A stretch of DNA of 64,000 bases from the NCBI GenBank assembly GCA_040954595.2, contig CM082593.2, forward strand, positions 10,053,200-10,117,199, given 5' to 3'. Made by a program: the position numbers and the translations under genes. This stretch comes from Balanoglossus misakiensis. Lineage: Eukaryota; Animalia; Hemichordata. The notes below the pieces were generated by a model. The model did not search any database and had not been told where the DNA came from. It saw nothing but the letters and a program-made list of their open reading frames with translations. This document shows, one piece after another, positions 13,963 to 22,920 of the stretch. The first letter of the stretch is position 1, and the number at the start of each line of letters is the position of its first letter.

Positions 13963-14009
13963 TTTATCGTGGCCCCTACACGTCAATTTTAATTTATTAT
14001 TTTGAAAGT

Positions 14010-14515
14010 TAAACTTTAATTTTAGATAGAAAATATCTTTTCCCAAGTAGTAAACTTTAATTTTGGTGGCGGCAACTAATTTTGATGGACAAAACTTTTT
14101 GATTTTGACAGTAAAACTTTAATTTTAATTATCACAAATTTTATTTTAGAGAACCAAATTTTATTTTTCGAAAGCAAATTTTATTTTTTCCAAGAATAAT
14201 ATTTAAATAAGGATTTATTTTGTCCAAAATAAACAGTAACAACTTGAGATAAACTTATTCATACTACGTGGATTTTTTTTTCAAAAAGGTATGTTTTAAT
14301 TTTTAAAGAAAAAGTTCATTTTGTAAAATAACAAATTATTTTTCCCAGGTGAAAATATTTTACGGAGTAAATAACCTTTAAACACTCGAGATAAAATTAT
14401 ATGTACTCGATGGAATTATTTAACTTTTTAAAACAAAATGTTTTTATTGTTTAAGAAAAAACAAATATTTACTAATGTAACAAATTATTTTTCCCGGGTG
14501 AAAAGTTTATTTTAC
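14010..14515. repeat. Degenerate ~20-bp repeats (aaa[c/t]ttta[a/t]ttt) followed by two diverged ~149-bp units
   Basis: aaactttaatttt and aaattttatttt recur over 14010-14190. caaattatttttccc[a/g]ggtgaaaa occurs at ~14332 and ~14481. Confidence 0.6.
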
Positions 14516-15280
14516 AGGGATCAATTTAATTTATAACACACCATGCAGCGAACCCTCGATCGTGATTCGTCAATACGACGTTACGTGACCTTAGTCATTT
14601 CGAACTGTTGCCTTGGGCATCAGTTCGATCGGTTTGGTGTGTTATAAAACACATGATGGCTGACATATTCGGGCAACAGTGTATTTTTAATGACCTCGGG
14701 ACTGCCAGTCACACCAAAACAGTCTGTTTTCCCTCGGGCTATGCCCTCGGGAAAACAAGACTGTTTTAGTTGTGACTAGCAGCACCCTCGGTCATCAAAA
14801 TACACTGTTGCCCTCATTGTCAGTCATCATGTGTATACTGATTTCTAGTAACACAACTTATGGGGGCGCTCTTTCTAATGCTACTGACAAACTTTTGTTA
14901 TGAGGGCGCAATTCAGGTTTCGGCGTGCGAATTTCTTTTACATGCATGACAAAACATATTTTCAGAAAGCGAAATATTTTTTTCTTCGCGGCGGAAATGA
15001 AGCTATCCCACAATTCCCGTAAATGAGGACGTTACAGGAGTGCATAAATCCAACAAACACATGAGATGGCTATCTATCCACAGTGCAATGTTTACAGATT
15101 GTATCTACTATACTACGACCCGGGCAGACAAATCCGGACAATCTCGCCGACGTATCGTAGACCTTTGAATGACGCTGTCAATCAAATTGAATACAAGATC
15201 TAGGGGAGTCGGTCCGTGGGAGAAATCGGCCAGGTGCGAACTTGGCTCGTAGGATCGTTTAAATTAAAGTCCTTTAAATT
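14215..15280 (+). repeat. Left arm of a long diverged inverted repeat
   Basis: 15074-15280 is the reverse complement of 15952-16151; 14838-15078 matches 22521-22760; 14215-14530 matches 22760-22920. Confidence 0.9.
14532..14837. mobile_element. ~300-bp double-hairpin insertion bounded by TATA direct repeats
   Basis: Part A 14530-14648 has 14-bp inverted ends tttataacacacca/tggtgtgttataaa. Part B 14649-14834 is a long imperfect palindrome acacatgatggctgaca...tgtcagtcatcatgtgt. The segment is absent from the homologous arm near 22760. Confidence 0.75.
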
Positions 15281-15596
15281 ATGTTTCGTGTATGCTTCAC
15301 ATTTTACGTGTACAGTAAACCACAGTGCTGCTCTGTCCCTGTCCCTAGGCAGTTTGTGGAGTGACCGTGGTACAGTCGCCGCCGTTTAATCAGGACACCA
15401 TGAGTTATATATAGCCGCTCTAGAAAACATGACCTCAGACAGGTCCCTCAGGACCGTGCCTCCAATTCAACGATCACGTAGATGGACGCGCTGCCGCTTA
15501 TGAGGTCACCGGGGAGCTTTCCAAAGTGGTCGCGTGGAGCTGCTTCAGTCCGTCCTCGACGTGAAACACCCGAAATTGGAAGGGATAGCCGGTTAA

Positions 15597-15944
15597 AGGG
15601 ACAAAGTCTCTCTCTCGCTGGCCTTTTTCCATTAATTATGTTTGATACAAGACGCCGTTTATGTTATTCTACATGTGGATATATGGTGAATCAACATTCG
15701 ACCACACACAACTTCCATCTCGTTTGTAGGATATAAGAGTAAAACCTCGCCCAAAATGAATAAATTGTAAAGAACAAATATTCATTATGGCGAGTTTTTT
15801 TCACTCTCCTGTCTATAAGAGGTATGGAAGTTGTGTGTGGTTGAATGTTCATTCACTATGTATCCACATGTAGAATAACAAACGTTGTCTTTTATCAAAT
15901 ATAATTAATGGCAAAAAGGGCAGCGAGAGAGAGACTTTGTCCCT
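15597..15944. mobile_element. Non-autonomous Kolobok-like DNA transposon (MITE, 348 bp)
   Basis: TTAA|AGGGACAAAGTCTCTCTCTCGCTG ... CAGCGAGAGAGAGACTTTGTCCCT|TTAA, with imperfect inverted arms over nearly the whole length. TTAA TSD with RR...YY ends is the Kolobok pattern; piggyBac ends are typically CCC...GGG. Confidence 0.85.
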
Positions 15945-15951
15945 TTAATCG

Positions 15952-16151
15952 AATTTAAAGGACTTTAATTTAAACGATCCTACGAGCCAAGTTCGCACCT
16001 GGCCGATTTCTCCCACGGACCGACTCCCCTGGATCTTGTATTCGATTCGATCGACAGCGTCATTTAAAGGTCTACGTTGGCGGCGAGATTGTCCGGATTT
16101 GTCTGCCCAGGTCGTATTAGATACAATCTGTAAACATTGCACTGTGGATAG
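15952..16151 (-). repeat. Right arm of the inverted repeat, inner part (before the BEL insertion)
   Basis: gatcctacgagccaagttcgcacctggccgatttctcccacggaccgactcccct is the reverse complement of the sequence at ~15202-15256. Confidence 0.9.
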
Positions 16152-16492
16152 TGTTGCGGTATTTTAGATGAACAAGGTTCCTTAAATGATGTCTGACACG
16201 GACGACCAACGTAAAGTGCAAAAGGCACGTTTATTGCAGAAATAGCCGGTGTTAACTACTGAACCGCTAGGACCCAACTGATGAGAAAATTTCCAAAGTT
16301 GCAAAGGAACATGAGGCGGACGTAATAACAAGCACAAATTGCTACATTGAGAGGGTGAACTCGAAGTGTGATTGGGCGTAGTAATGAAAGTGCCTGATTG
16401 GCCCAAAGTGATCTCTATCAGGATCCGCATAGCGATGCAAGGTTTTGGGTATACTATAGAATGTTCAAATAACAGTTATTTGTTCTCCGACA
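16152..16492 (-). repeat. 3' LTR of the BEL/Pao element
   Basis: Same 341-bp sequence as 22180-22520, adjacent to the PPT. Confidence 0.96.
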
Positions 16493-16506
16493 TTCTCCCG
16501 CCGCCG
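16493..16506 (-). promoter_or_regulatory. Polypurine tract
   Basis: Minus strand CGGCGGCGGGAGAA abuts the 3' LTR, resembling the GGGAGAA-type PPT of BEL/Pao elements. Confidence 0.8.
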
Positions 16507-16633
16507 AAAAAAGTCATCAGAAAGTCTAAATCTAAAAGAACAGAAAATCGCAAAGGCTCAATCGATGTTGAGTAAACTCTGATGCAATGAAAGTTTGACT
16601 AGAGTCAATAAAGTGTCAAGTTGTGTTGAATGT

Positions 16634-19600
16634 CTAAACAGAGTCAGAAATTCTGATCCTCGCTGCAATGGCCGCATCTCTGGTCGATCTCCTAGGGATG
16701 GGCGTGGGCGGATCATTGGATTCCTCTGTTGTGGCATTCCGTGTGATGTCCTTGTTTCCATGGGGATCGAAGTCCGTAGACGACGTAGATGACGACAGTT
16801 CCTGCGAAGCCACCTCCAGCGGGTACAATTTGTGTATGGGGCGGTTAGTGTGTCCTCTGGCAGTGGAGACTTCCGCTGACCGCACAAGTTTATCACGGCC
16901 GTAGACAAGTCTTCTCACAGTTCCGAGTTGCCATTTCAATCTACGGTCGGTGTCACTGTGAATAATGACGACGTCACCAACTTTAATGACATTGTTCTTG
17001 AGACCGGAAGCGGAGTGACGCTCACGTAAGGCTGTCAGGTACTCAGTCGACCATCTCTTCCAGAATTGGTTCTGGAGATTCGACAAATGTTCATAGCGTC
17101 TGTTCAGATCGCAGTGGTTTCCGTAAGAGGGATCTCTGATCTCTTCATCGGAGACAGTGATGTATGGCAATGAGGTCAGAGGTCTGCCGCACAACAGGTG
17201 ATTTGGAGTCAAGCTGATGTCATCATCGGCATTCGAAGACACGAAAGTGAGTGGGCGGTCGTTCAATACCGTCTCGATTTCGGTGATTACTGTGACAAGT
17301 TCGTCGTAGGTGACGAAAGATCTACCAAGAACTTTCTTTATCGTGTTCTTAGTGATACCAATAAGACGCTCCCAGAAGCCACCATACCATGGGGCACGTT
17401 TGGGAATAAATGTCCAACTGACGCGTTGAGATGAAAGATAGCGTTGGACGTCAGGCGTGTCGAGTAATGCGCGTATCTCTTCGGCTGCAGAGATATATGT
17501 AGACGCGTTGTCGGATAACATGCGACTTGGGAGAGATCTTCTTGCCGCGAAACGACGGAACGCGAATATGAATGATTTAGTGGTCAAATCGGGTACTATT
17601 TCTAGGTGTATCGCGCGCGTAACTGCACAGGTAAAGAGACACACGTAGGCTTTCTTGTGTTTACCATCAGTTGTTTTGGTCAGGAGTGCTCCCGTGAAAT
17701 CTACTCCTGTCACGCAGAAGGGTGGAGTAACGTTCACGCGATATGTAGGCAACGGTGCCTGAACCGGGCTGGTGTAGGGTCTTCCGTCTATCTTGAGACA
17801 CGTGACACAGCGACGGAGAACGCTGCTGACGATTCGACGTATTTTAGGTATCCAATACTGTTGACGTATTTGTGTGACAGTTGATTGGACACCACCGTGT
17901 AGAACTCGATCGTGCGCTTTCAGAACGATCAGTTTAGTCAATTCATGACGAGTCGGCAACAAAGCTGGAAACTTTGTTACAAAGTCTAACGTAGTGTTGT
18001 GTATACGGCTACCGCATCGAAGTATGCCTTCATCATCGAGGAATAAATTCAGTTGACGAATTAACGGTCCGTATTTCTTTGCGTTCATCTTCACGGAGTG
18101 AATAGTGTCACCGTAGACTTCGGTTTGTACATCCTTGATCCACATCCGTTCTGCATGTCGTATTTCGTCTGGCGTGATTTCTCCAGACGGTGTGATTTCC
18201 GTTCGTTTCAGACGCGATATGAAACGTAGCACGTACGCGGTAACTCGCAACAGTTTGCCTAATGAGCTGAAGCGCGAAATGTCTATGGCGCGTTGGATGC
18301 CCATTTCCTCTTCGGAAATATTTTCCGCGGTAGGCGAGGCAGCGTTTTCAGAAGTTTGATTATGAGCGCGGTCAACATCTTGCATTCTATCATCGATCTG
18401 CGGATTAGTTTCTATGTGAGCGCGAACCATGAAGTCGTCTGTTGCCGCGACGTGATGTACTGAGCTATCATATAGGTCACAAATCGGCCATTCACCGGAT
18501 TCTTTCAGCCAAGTAGGGCCATTCCACCATAAAGTAGAATTGGCGAGTTCGTCTGATCTGATTCCGCGTGTTAACAGATCAGCGGGATTGTCACCGGTGG
18601 GGCAGTATTTGTAGACGTGAGGAAAACCGTTGATTTCCTTTACGCGGTTGTTCACGAAGACGGGTAGTTTTTTCTCACTGTTGATCCAATAAAGGACGAT
18701 CTGACTGTCCGACCAGAGATATCGTTCCGTAATATTGATCTTGTCGGAGAGTGCGTTTACGACGAATTTGCTCAGGCGAGTACCGATCACGGCGGCCATC
18801 AATTCTAACCGTGGTAAGGTCAAGTCAGACATAGGCGCGACGCTTGTTTTGGCCATTACCATAGAAGTCTCACGCGTTCGTGGGTCGCGAAGATAAATTA
18901 CTGCTCCGTACGCAGTTGTGCTGGCGTCTACGAAAACGTGTAGTTCGTAGTCATCGCCACTTCGATTTGTCGAGAAATATTGGCGTGGTACTGTAGTGTC
19001 CCGTACAGTATTCAGATCATTGGCGATTCGAGTCCACTGTGAAATCAGATCAGCGTCGAGTGGCTCGTCCCAAGGGAGACCGCGTTTCCATAGCGACTGA
19101 ACAAAGAGTTTCGCTCTAACATGAACTGGGGCGAGAAAACCAAGTGGGTCAAACAATTTAGCCGCGGAACTAACAACATCACGTTTTGTCGTTAGCGCGG
19201 TGGGAACCGGTGTCTCATCGTGCTTTGTGTAAGTTACCGTGTCGGTTTCGGGTTTCCAGCGTAATCCGAGTAAGGACATCTCTGTTGAGAGTTCAGCGAT
19301 ATTGTCCCGTTCAGCGAGTTCGCGTAACTGTGAACTGTTGGACGACCAAGCGCGTAGTTTGAACCCGCATGTCTGCATGAGTCGGTTAGCTTCATTGAAA
19401 TAGGAAACCGCGTTTTCATTAGAGTCAGCGCCGTCGATCACGTTGTCGACATAAATGTTGCGCTTCAAGTCAGCTGCTGTGGGCGTGGGAGTGTTACTCT
19501 CTAGGTGAGTTTTGATCACAGCGTTAAGAATAAACGGCGAGCATGCCGCTCCGAAAAGGACCGATTTGAACTGATACACATCAAAGTTGCTTTCGGGATC

Positions 19601-21460
19601 ACGAATGTCCGACAACCAAAGAAATTTGGTGTATAGGCGTTCTTCTTCTTCGAGGCGGATATTTAAGAAGGCCTTTTCGATATCACTAGTAAAGGCGACA
19701 CGATTGGCGCGGAATCGCAGCAGTATACCGGGTAAATCGTTTATCAGAGAAGGTCCGGTTTGGAGACAGTCATTCAAACTCGGTGAATCTGGACCTTGCT
19801 TTGCGCTGCAGTCGTACACGATGCGAATTGGGGTGGTGACAGAGTCTTTCTTGACTGCGCGGTGGGGTAGATAATGTCCTTCGGTTTTGTTGTCGATGTC
19901 GACCCTTTCGACGAAATCGCGGCGAACTTGATCAGAAATAATGTCATCGTATGTTTTTGTCAGCTCGGGTGACAAACGGCGGACCATGGCACGCGTGCGG
20001 CTTTCCGTTGTAGAGTAGTTGCTAGGCAACGGTGGGTGATCAATCTTCCACGGTAAACGTGCGACATATTTACCGTGTTCAACACGTAGGTGTGTGTCGC
20101 GATATGTTTCAAAGTCAGTGTTTTCGTTCTCTCGCGTTTCTGGTTTCACTCCGATGAGCTCTAAGTCCCAGTAGTTTCGGATGGCGTCTTCAGCGATGAG
20201 CGTTTCGGCGTTTGCATGGAGTACGTGAAAGTCAGAGTCCGTTTTCCCGCCCTTTTCGATAGGGCCTGACAGCAAGTAGCCGAACGTGGACAAAACAGCA
20301 GTCGGGCCTGCTCCGCGAACGATGTGGTTCCCTACAAAGTTCCAATACTGATCGGCTCCGATGAGAACGTCAATTTCGATTGACTTCGCGTTTGTAACTG
20401 GGAAGGCGAAATGCAGTCCCCGTAGATACTCGGCGTTGTGTATTTCCGCGGACACATGATTAGTCAAGTTCGATGAAATCGCGGGAATTATCAAAGCATT
20501 GATAGAACTAGTATTTCCGTCTAGCTCATGCAAAGTTATCGTAGCGTTTTTCATTGTGTGAATTTGTTCGGCGTTTCCCCCAAAGGTTGAGAGTTTCACG
20601 TTTTCTGGGGTGTCCGGCTTTAAGCTGAGTTTCTCCGCGAATCGTTGAGTGACAAAGGTTCTGTTTGCCCCTTCGTCGAACAGTACGTTGGCACGGATAG
20701 GTTTATCCCCTCGGGAGGACATGGGGATGACGGCGGTTTTCAAGAGAACGGGTCCGTTCATTGGAGTGTATTTCTCACGCGTATTGTCTGTCGCGAAGGA
20801 CACGTGTACTTCAGCAGAATTTGAAGTGTCTGTAGTACCGGCAGTTTTGCTCGGTGTTACATCTTTTTTCACGGCGGTTGTACCCAGTTGGGTGTCGTGT
20901 AAAGTAGAATGGTGTCTACGTTTACAAATCTTGCAAGAATATCGCGATTTGCAGTCGCAAACTCGATGTTTGCCGAGGCAATTGAAGCAGAGGCGATCTC
21001 GTTTGACTATGTCTAGTCGGCGTTTGGTATCGGTGATGACCTGGCAATCACTCGTGTAGTGATTCCCCTTGCAAAACACGCATGTTTTGGGCTTGGGTGG
21101 ATGCGTCGCGCGCGGACGCGGCGTGGAATCGACGTTAGCGTGAAACGTAGCTGTGATATCGGGTTGTGTTGTGGCGGTCACAACTGAAAGTTCATCGAGG
21201 GGTTCTCCGGCTTGCATGGCGTCGATCTCTCGTAGAATTGCCTGGCGTAACTCAGGTAGAGTCCAGGCCTTTTTCCCATGGTCTCGGGCTATCTGTTTCC
21301 GAATGTTGTTGGGCAGCTTGTCGCGAATCATCGGAACGAGCAGTTCTCCGTAAGTGTTCTCTTGTTTTCCAAGCGACTGTAGTCCACGAACATGACTTTC
21401 CAGCGTGTCATAGAAAGGCGGAGGCTGGAAATGTCGCTTGTCGGCTGAGGTAGCTGCCAC
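16634..21460 (-). CDS. pol: BEL/Pao Gag C-terminus and Pol polyprotein (Zn knuckles, aspartic protease, RT, RNase H, integrase, DUF5641-like tail)
   Basis: Three knuckles (CVFCKGNHYTSDC, CFNCLGKHRVCDC, CKICKRRHHSTLH); PR LFDEGANRTF; RT DIEKAFL, FGAACSPFIL, YVDN; Pao RH HVFVDASTTAYG, LPRLELMAA, WSDSQ, NPADLLTRG; IN HHCC, GVDFTG, SDNAST, GGFWERL; FWKRWSTEYL. Homology starts near 21415, so the listed start codon is probably not used. Confidence 0.95.
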   Translation of the reverse strand: MAATSADKRHFQPPPFYDTLESHVRGLQSLGKQENTYGELLVPMIRDKLPNNIRKQIARDHGKKAWTLPELRQAILREIDAMQAGEPLDELSVVTATTQPDITATFHANVDSTPRPRATHPPKPKTCVFCKGNHYTSDCQVITDTKRRLDIVKRDRLCFNCLGKHRVCDCKSRYSCKICKRRHHSTLHDTQLGTTAVKKDVTPSKTAGTTDTSNSAEVHVSFATDNTREKYTPMNGPVLLKTAVIPMSSRGDKPIRANVLFDEGANRTFVTQRFAEKLSLKPDTPENVKLSTFGGNAEQIHTMKNATITLHELDGNTSSINALIIPAISSNLTNHVSAEIHNAEYLRGLHFAFPVTNAKSIEIDVLIGADQYWNFVGNHIVRGAGPTAVLSTFGYLLSGPIEKGGKTDSDFHVLHANAETLIAEDAIRNYWDLELIGVKPETRENENTDFETYRDTHLRVEHGKYVARLPWKIDHPPLPSNYSTTESRTRAMVRRLSPELTKTYDDIISDQVRRDFVERVDIDNKTEGHYLPHRAVKKDSVTTPIRIVYDCSAKQGPDSPSLNDCLQTGPSLINDLPGILLRFRANRVAFTSDIEKAFLNIRLEEEERLYTKFLWLSDIRDPESNFDVYQFKSVLFGAACSPFILNAVIKTHLESNTPTPTAADLKRNIYVDNVIDGADSNENAVSYFNEANRLMQTCGFKLRAWSSNSSQLRELAERDNIAELSTEMSLLGLRWKPETDTVTYTKHDETPVPTALTTKRDVVSSAAKLFDPLGFLAPVHVRAKLFVQSLWKRGLPWDEPLDADLISQWTRIANDLNTVRDTTVPRQYFSTNRSGDDYELHVFVDASTTAYGAVIYLRDPRTRETSMVMAKTSVAPMSDLTLPRLELMAAVIGTRLSKFVVNALSDKINITERYLWSDSQIVLYWINSEKKLPVFVNNRVKEINGFPHVYKYCPTGDNPADLLTRGIRSDELANSTLWWNGPTWLKESGEWPICDLYDSSVHHVAATDDFMVRAHIETNPQIDDRMQDVDRAHNQTSENAASPTAENISEEEMGIQRAIDISRFSSLGKLLRVTAYVLRFISRLKRTEITPSGEITPDEIRHAERMWIKDVQTEVYGDTIHSVKMNAKKYGPLIRQLNLFLDDEGILRCGSRIHNTTLDFVTKFPALLPTRHELTKLIVLKAHDRVLHGGVQSTVTQIRQQYWIPKIRRIVSSVLRRCVTCLKIDGRPYTSPVQAPLPTYRVNVTPPFCVTGVDFTGALLTKTTDGKHKKAYVCLFTCAVTRAIHLEIVPDLTTKSFIFAFRRFAARRSLPSRMLSDNASTYISAAEEIRALLDTPDVQRYLSSQRVSWTFIPKRAPWYGGFWERLIGITKNTIKKVLGRSFVTYDELVTVITEIETVLNDRPLTFVSSNADDDISLTPNHLLCGRPLTSLPYITVSDEEIRDPSYGNHCDLNRRYEHLSNLQNQFWKRWSTEYLTALRERHSASGLKNNVIKVGDVVIIHSDTDRRLKWQLGTVRRLVYGRDKLVRSAEVSTARGHTNRPIHKLYPLEVASQELSSSTSSTDFDPHGNKDITRNATTEESNDPPTPIPRRSTRDAAIAARIRISDSV

Positions 21461-22146
21461 AGCGCTGTCATATGCGCGTCGATGAGCAATTGCTTTTGTC
21501 CGTATCGTTCGATGAGGAGTTCTATGGCGTGTTCATAGTGGTCGCTCGTCAAGGCGAGACCGCTAATAGTACGGGCAGCTTCGTCGGTTAAGACGCTATG
21601 CAAGTATGTGAACTTCTGAATGTTATCCATACCGCTATCGTTATGGATGGTCGATTGGAAAATGTCAAAGAAAGTCGTCCACTCGAGTACGTTACCGGAA
21701 AATGTCTTCAGTTGTAGTTTCGGCAGCGCGACTGTTTTCTTCGCTGTCTCTCCTCGAGGTGGATTGGCGATGGTCGAAGACGTACCGTTGGTAGGCCTGT
21801 TGCTCTCGATGAAAGCGGTGATCTGGTGATTTCTTTCGAATATCTCGGACAGGTAGTCGCCAGATGCTTCGTTTGCGGCATCGTAGCTCTCTTCGTCGGT
21901 ATTGTCCAAGACGTCTTCTTCGATCTTGACGATAGTTTCGTACTTCTGGGTGAGTTGGGTGCTCAAAGCGGTGAGTAGCCTGTGTACTTCGGTTTTGTTC
22001 GCGGCTGTGGCGAATTCTTCTTTCAGACTATCGGCTCGGTTGAAAAGCTTCGTGATTTGGGCGCGTTGCCCGCGGCGCTTGAGCTTCAGTTTGGTCAACT
22101 TGTCGCCTCCAGTTGGTTGCTCAACTTGTTGTTCGTCGCTGGACAT
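21328..22146 (-). CDS. gag: BEL/Pao Gag N-terminal part (coiled coil plus DUF1759-like region), reading frame lost near 21418
   Basis: LPKLQLKTFSGNVLEWTTFFDIFQSTIH...QKFTYLHSVLTDEAARTISGL...YEHAIELLIERYG is typical Pao Gag. The ATG lies just downstream of the PBS. Confidence 0.9.
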   Translation of the reverse strand: MSSDEQQVEQPTGGDKLTKLKLKRRGQRAQITKLFNRADSLKEEFATAANKTEVHRLLTALSTQLTQKYETIVKIEEDVLDNTDEESYDAANEASGDYLSEIFERNHQITAFIESNRPTNGTSSTIANPPRGETAKKTVALPKLQLKTFSGNVLEWTTFFDIFQSTIHNDSGMDNIQKFTYLHSVLTDEAARTISGLALTSDHYEHAIELLIERYGQKQLLIDAHMTALWQLPQPTSDISSLRLSMTRWKVMFVDYSRLENKRTLTENCSFR

Positions 22147-22157
22147 CTTGTGAATTT

Positions 22158-22175
22158 ATCCTGGTCTCGGCACCA
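22158..22175 (-). promoter_or_regulatory. Primer binding site, probably tRNA-His
   Basis: Minus strand reads TGGTGCCGAGACCAGGAT 4 nt inside the 5' LTR. The plus strand ATCCTGGTCTCGGCACCA matches 17/18 to the invertebrate tRNA-His 3' end as I recall it (ATCCTGGTCACGGCACCA). tRNA-Phe is a weaker alternative. Confidence 0.8.
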
Positions 22176-22179
22176 AAAA

Positions 22180-22520
22180 TGTTGCGGTATTTTAGATGAA
22201 CAAGGTTCCTTAAATGATGTCTGACACGGACGACCAACGTAAAGTGCAAAAGGCACGTTTACTGCAGAAATAGCCGGTGTTAACTACTGAACCGCTAGGA
22301 CCCAACTGATGAGAAAATTTCCAAAGTTGCAAAGGAACATGAGGCGGACGTAATAACATGCACAAATTGCTACATTGAGAGGGTGAACTCGAAGTGTGAT
22401 TGGGCGTAGTAATTGTAGTGCCTGATTGGCCCAAAGTGATCTCTATCAGGATCCGCATAGCGATGCAAGGTTTTGGGTATACTATAGAATGTTCAAATAA
22501 CAGTTATTTGTTCTCCGACA
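22180..22520 (-). repeat. 5' LTR of the BEL/Pao element
   Basis: tgttgcggtattttag...gttctccgaca, adjacent to the PBS. I counted 5 substitutions relative to the other LTR by eye. Confidence 0.96.
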
Positions 22521-22920
22521 GATAGATAGCCATCTCATCTGTTTGTTGGATTTATGTACTCCTGTAACGTCCTCATGTACGGGAATTGTGGGATAGCTTC
22601 ATTTCCGCCGCGAAGAATAAAATATTTTGCTTTCTGAAAATATATTTTGTCATGCATGTAAAAGAAATTCGCCCGCCGAAACCTGATTTGCGCCCTCATG
22701 AAAAAGTTTATTAGTAGCAATAGAAAGAGTGCCCCATAAGTTGTAAAACTAGAAATTAGATAAAAATATATTTACATCTGTAAAATAAAATTTTCACCCG
22801 CGAAAAGTAATGTTACTTAAAAAAAGTTTTACAAAATTAAATATTTCTTTCCGGAAATAAAATAATTCTATGTAGTATAGATAATTTTATCTCAAGTCTT
22901 AGAAGTTTATTTTGGAAAAA
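22521..22920 (-). repeat. Right arm of the inverted repeat, outer part (after the BEL insertion)
   Basis: tacgggaattgtgggatagcttcatttccgccgcgaagaa is the reverse complement of ~14983-15021. Homology continues to the satellite junction. Confidence 0.88.

Larger units (their letters stand above)
16152..22520 (-). mobile_element. Full-length BEL/Pao LTR retrotransposon (6369 bp)
   Basis: Two 341-bp direct repeats with TGT...ACA ends; 5-bp TSD GATAG at 16147-16151 and 22521-22525; PBS and PPT in the expected positions; domain order gag-PR-RT-RH-IN with Pao-type motifs. Confidence 0.97.

Noticed and set aside
5834-14046. Many F/K/I-rich ORFs in satellite blocks 1 and 2
   Set aside because: They are translations of the satellite, broken by T-run length changes.
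15945-16142. 65-aa ORF in the right arm
   Set aside because: The left-arm copy has a stop (atc tag) and an indel, so the frame is not conserved.
16182-16430. 82-aa ORF duplicated at 22210-22458
   Set aside because: It lies within the LTRs and is duplicated only because the LTRs are.
16595-22224. Plus-strand ORFs inside the retrotransposon, or an env-like extra gene
   Set aside because: They are antisense shadows of gag-pol. Only ~140 bp separate the pol stop from the 3' LTR, leaving no room for env.
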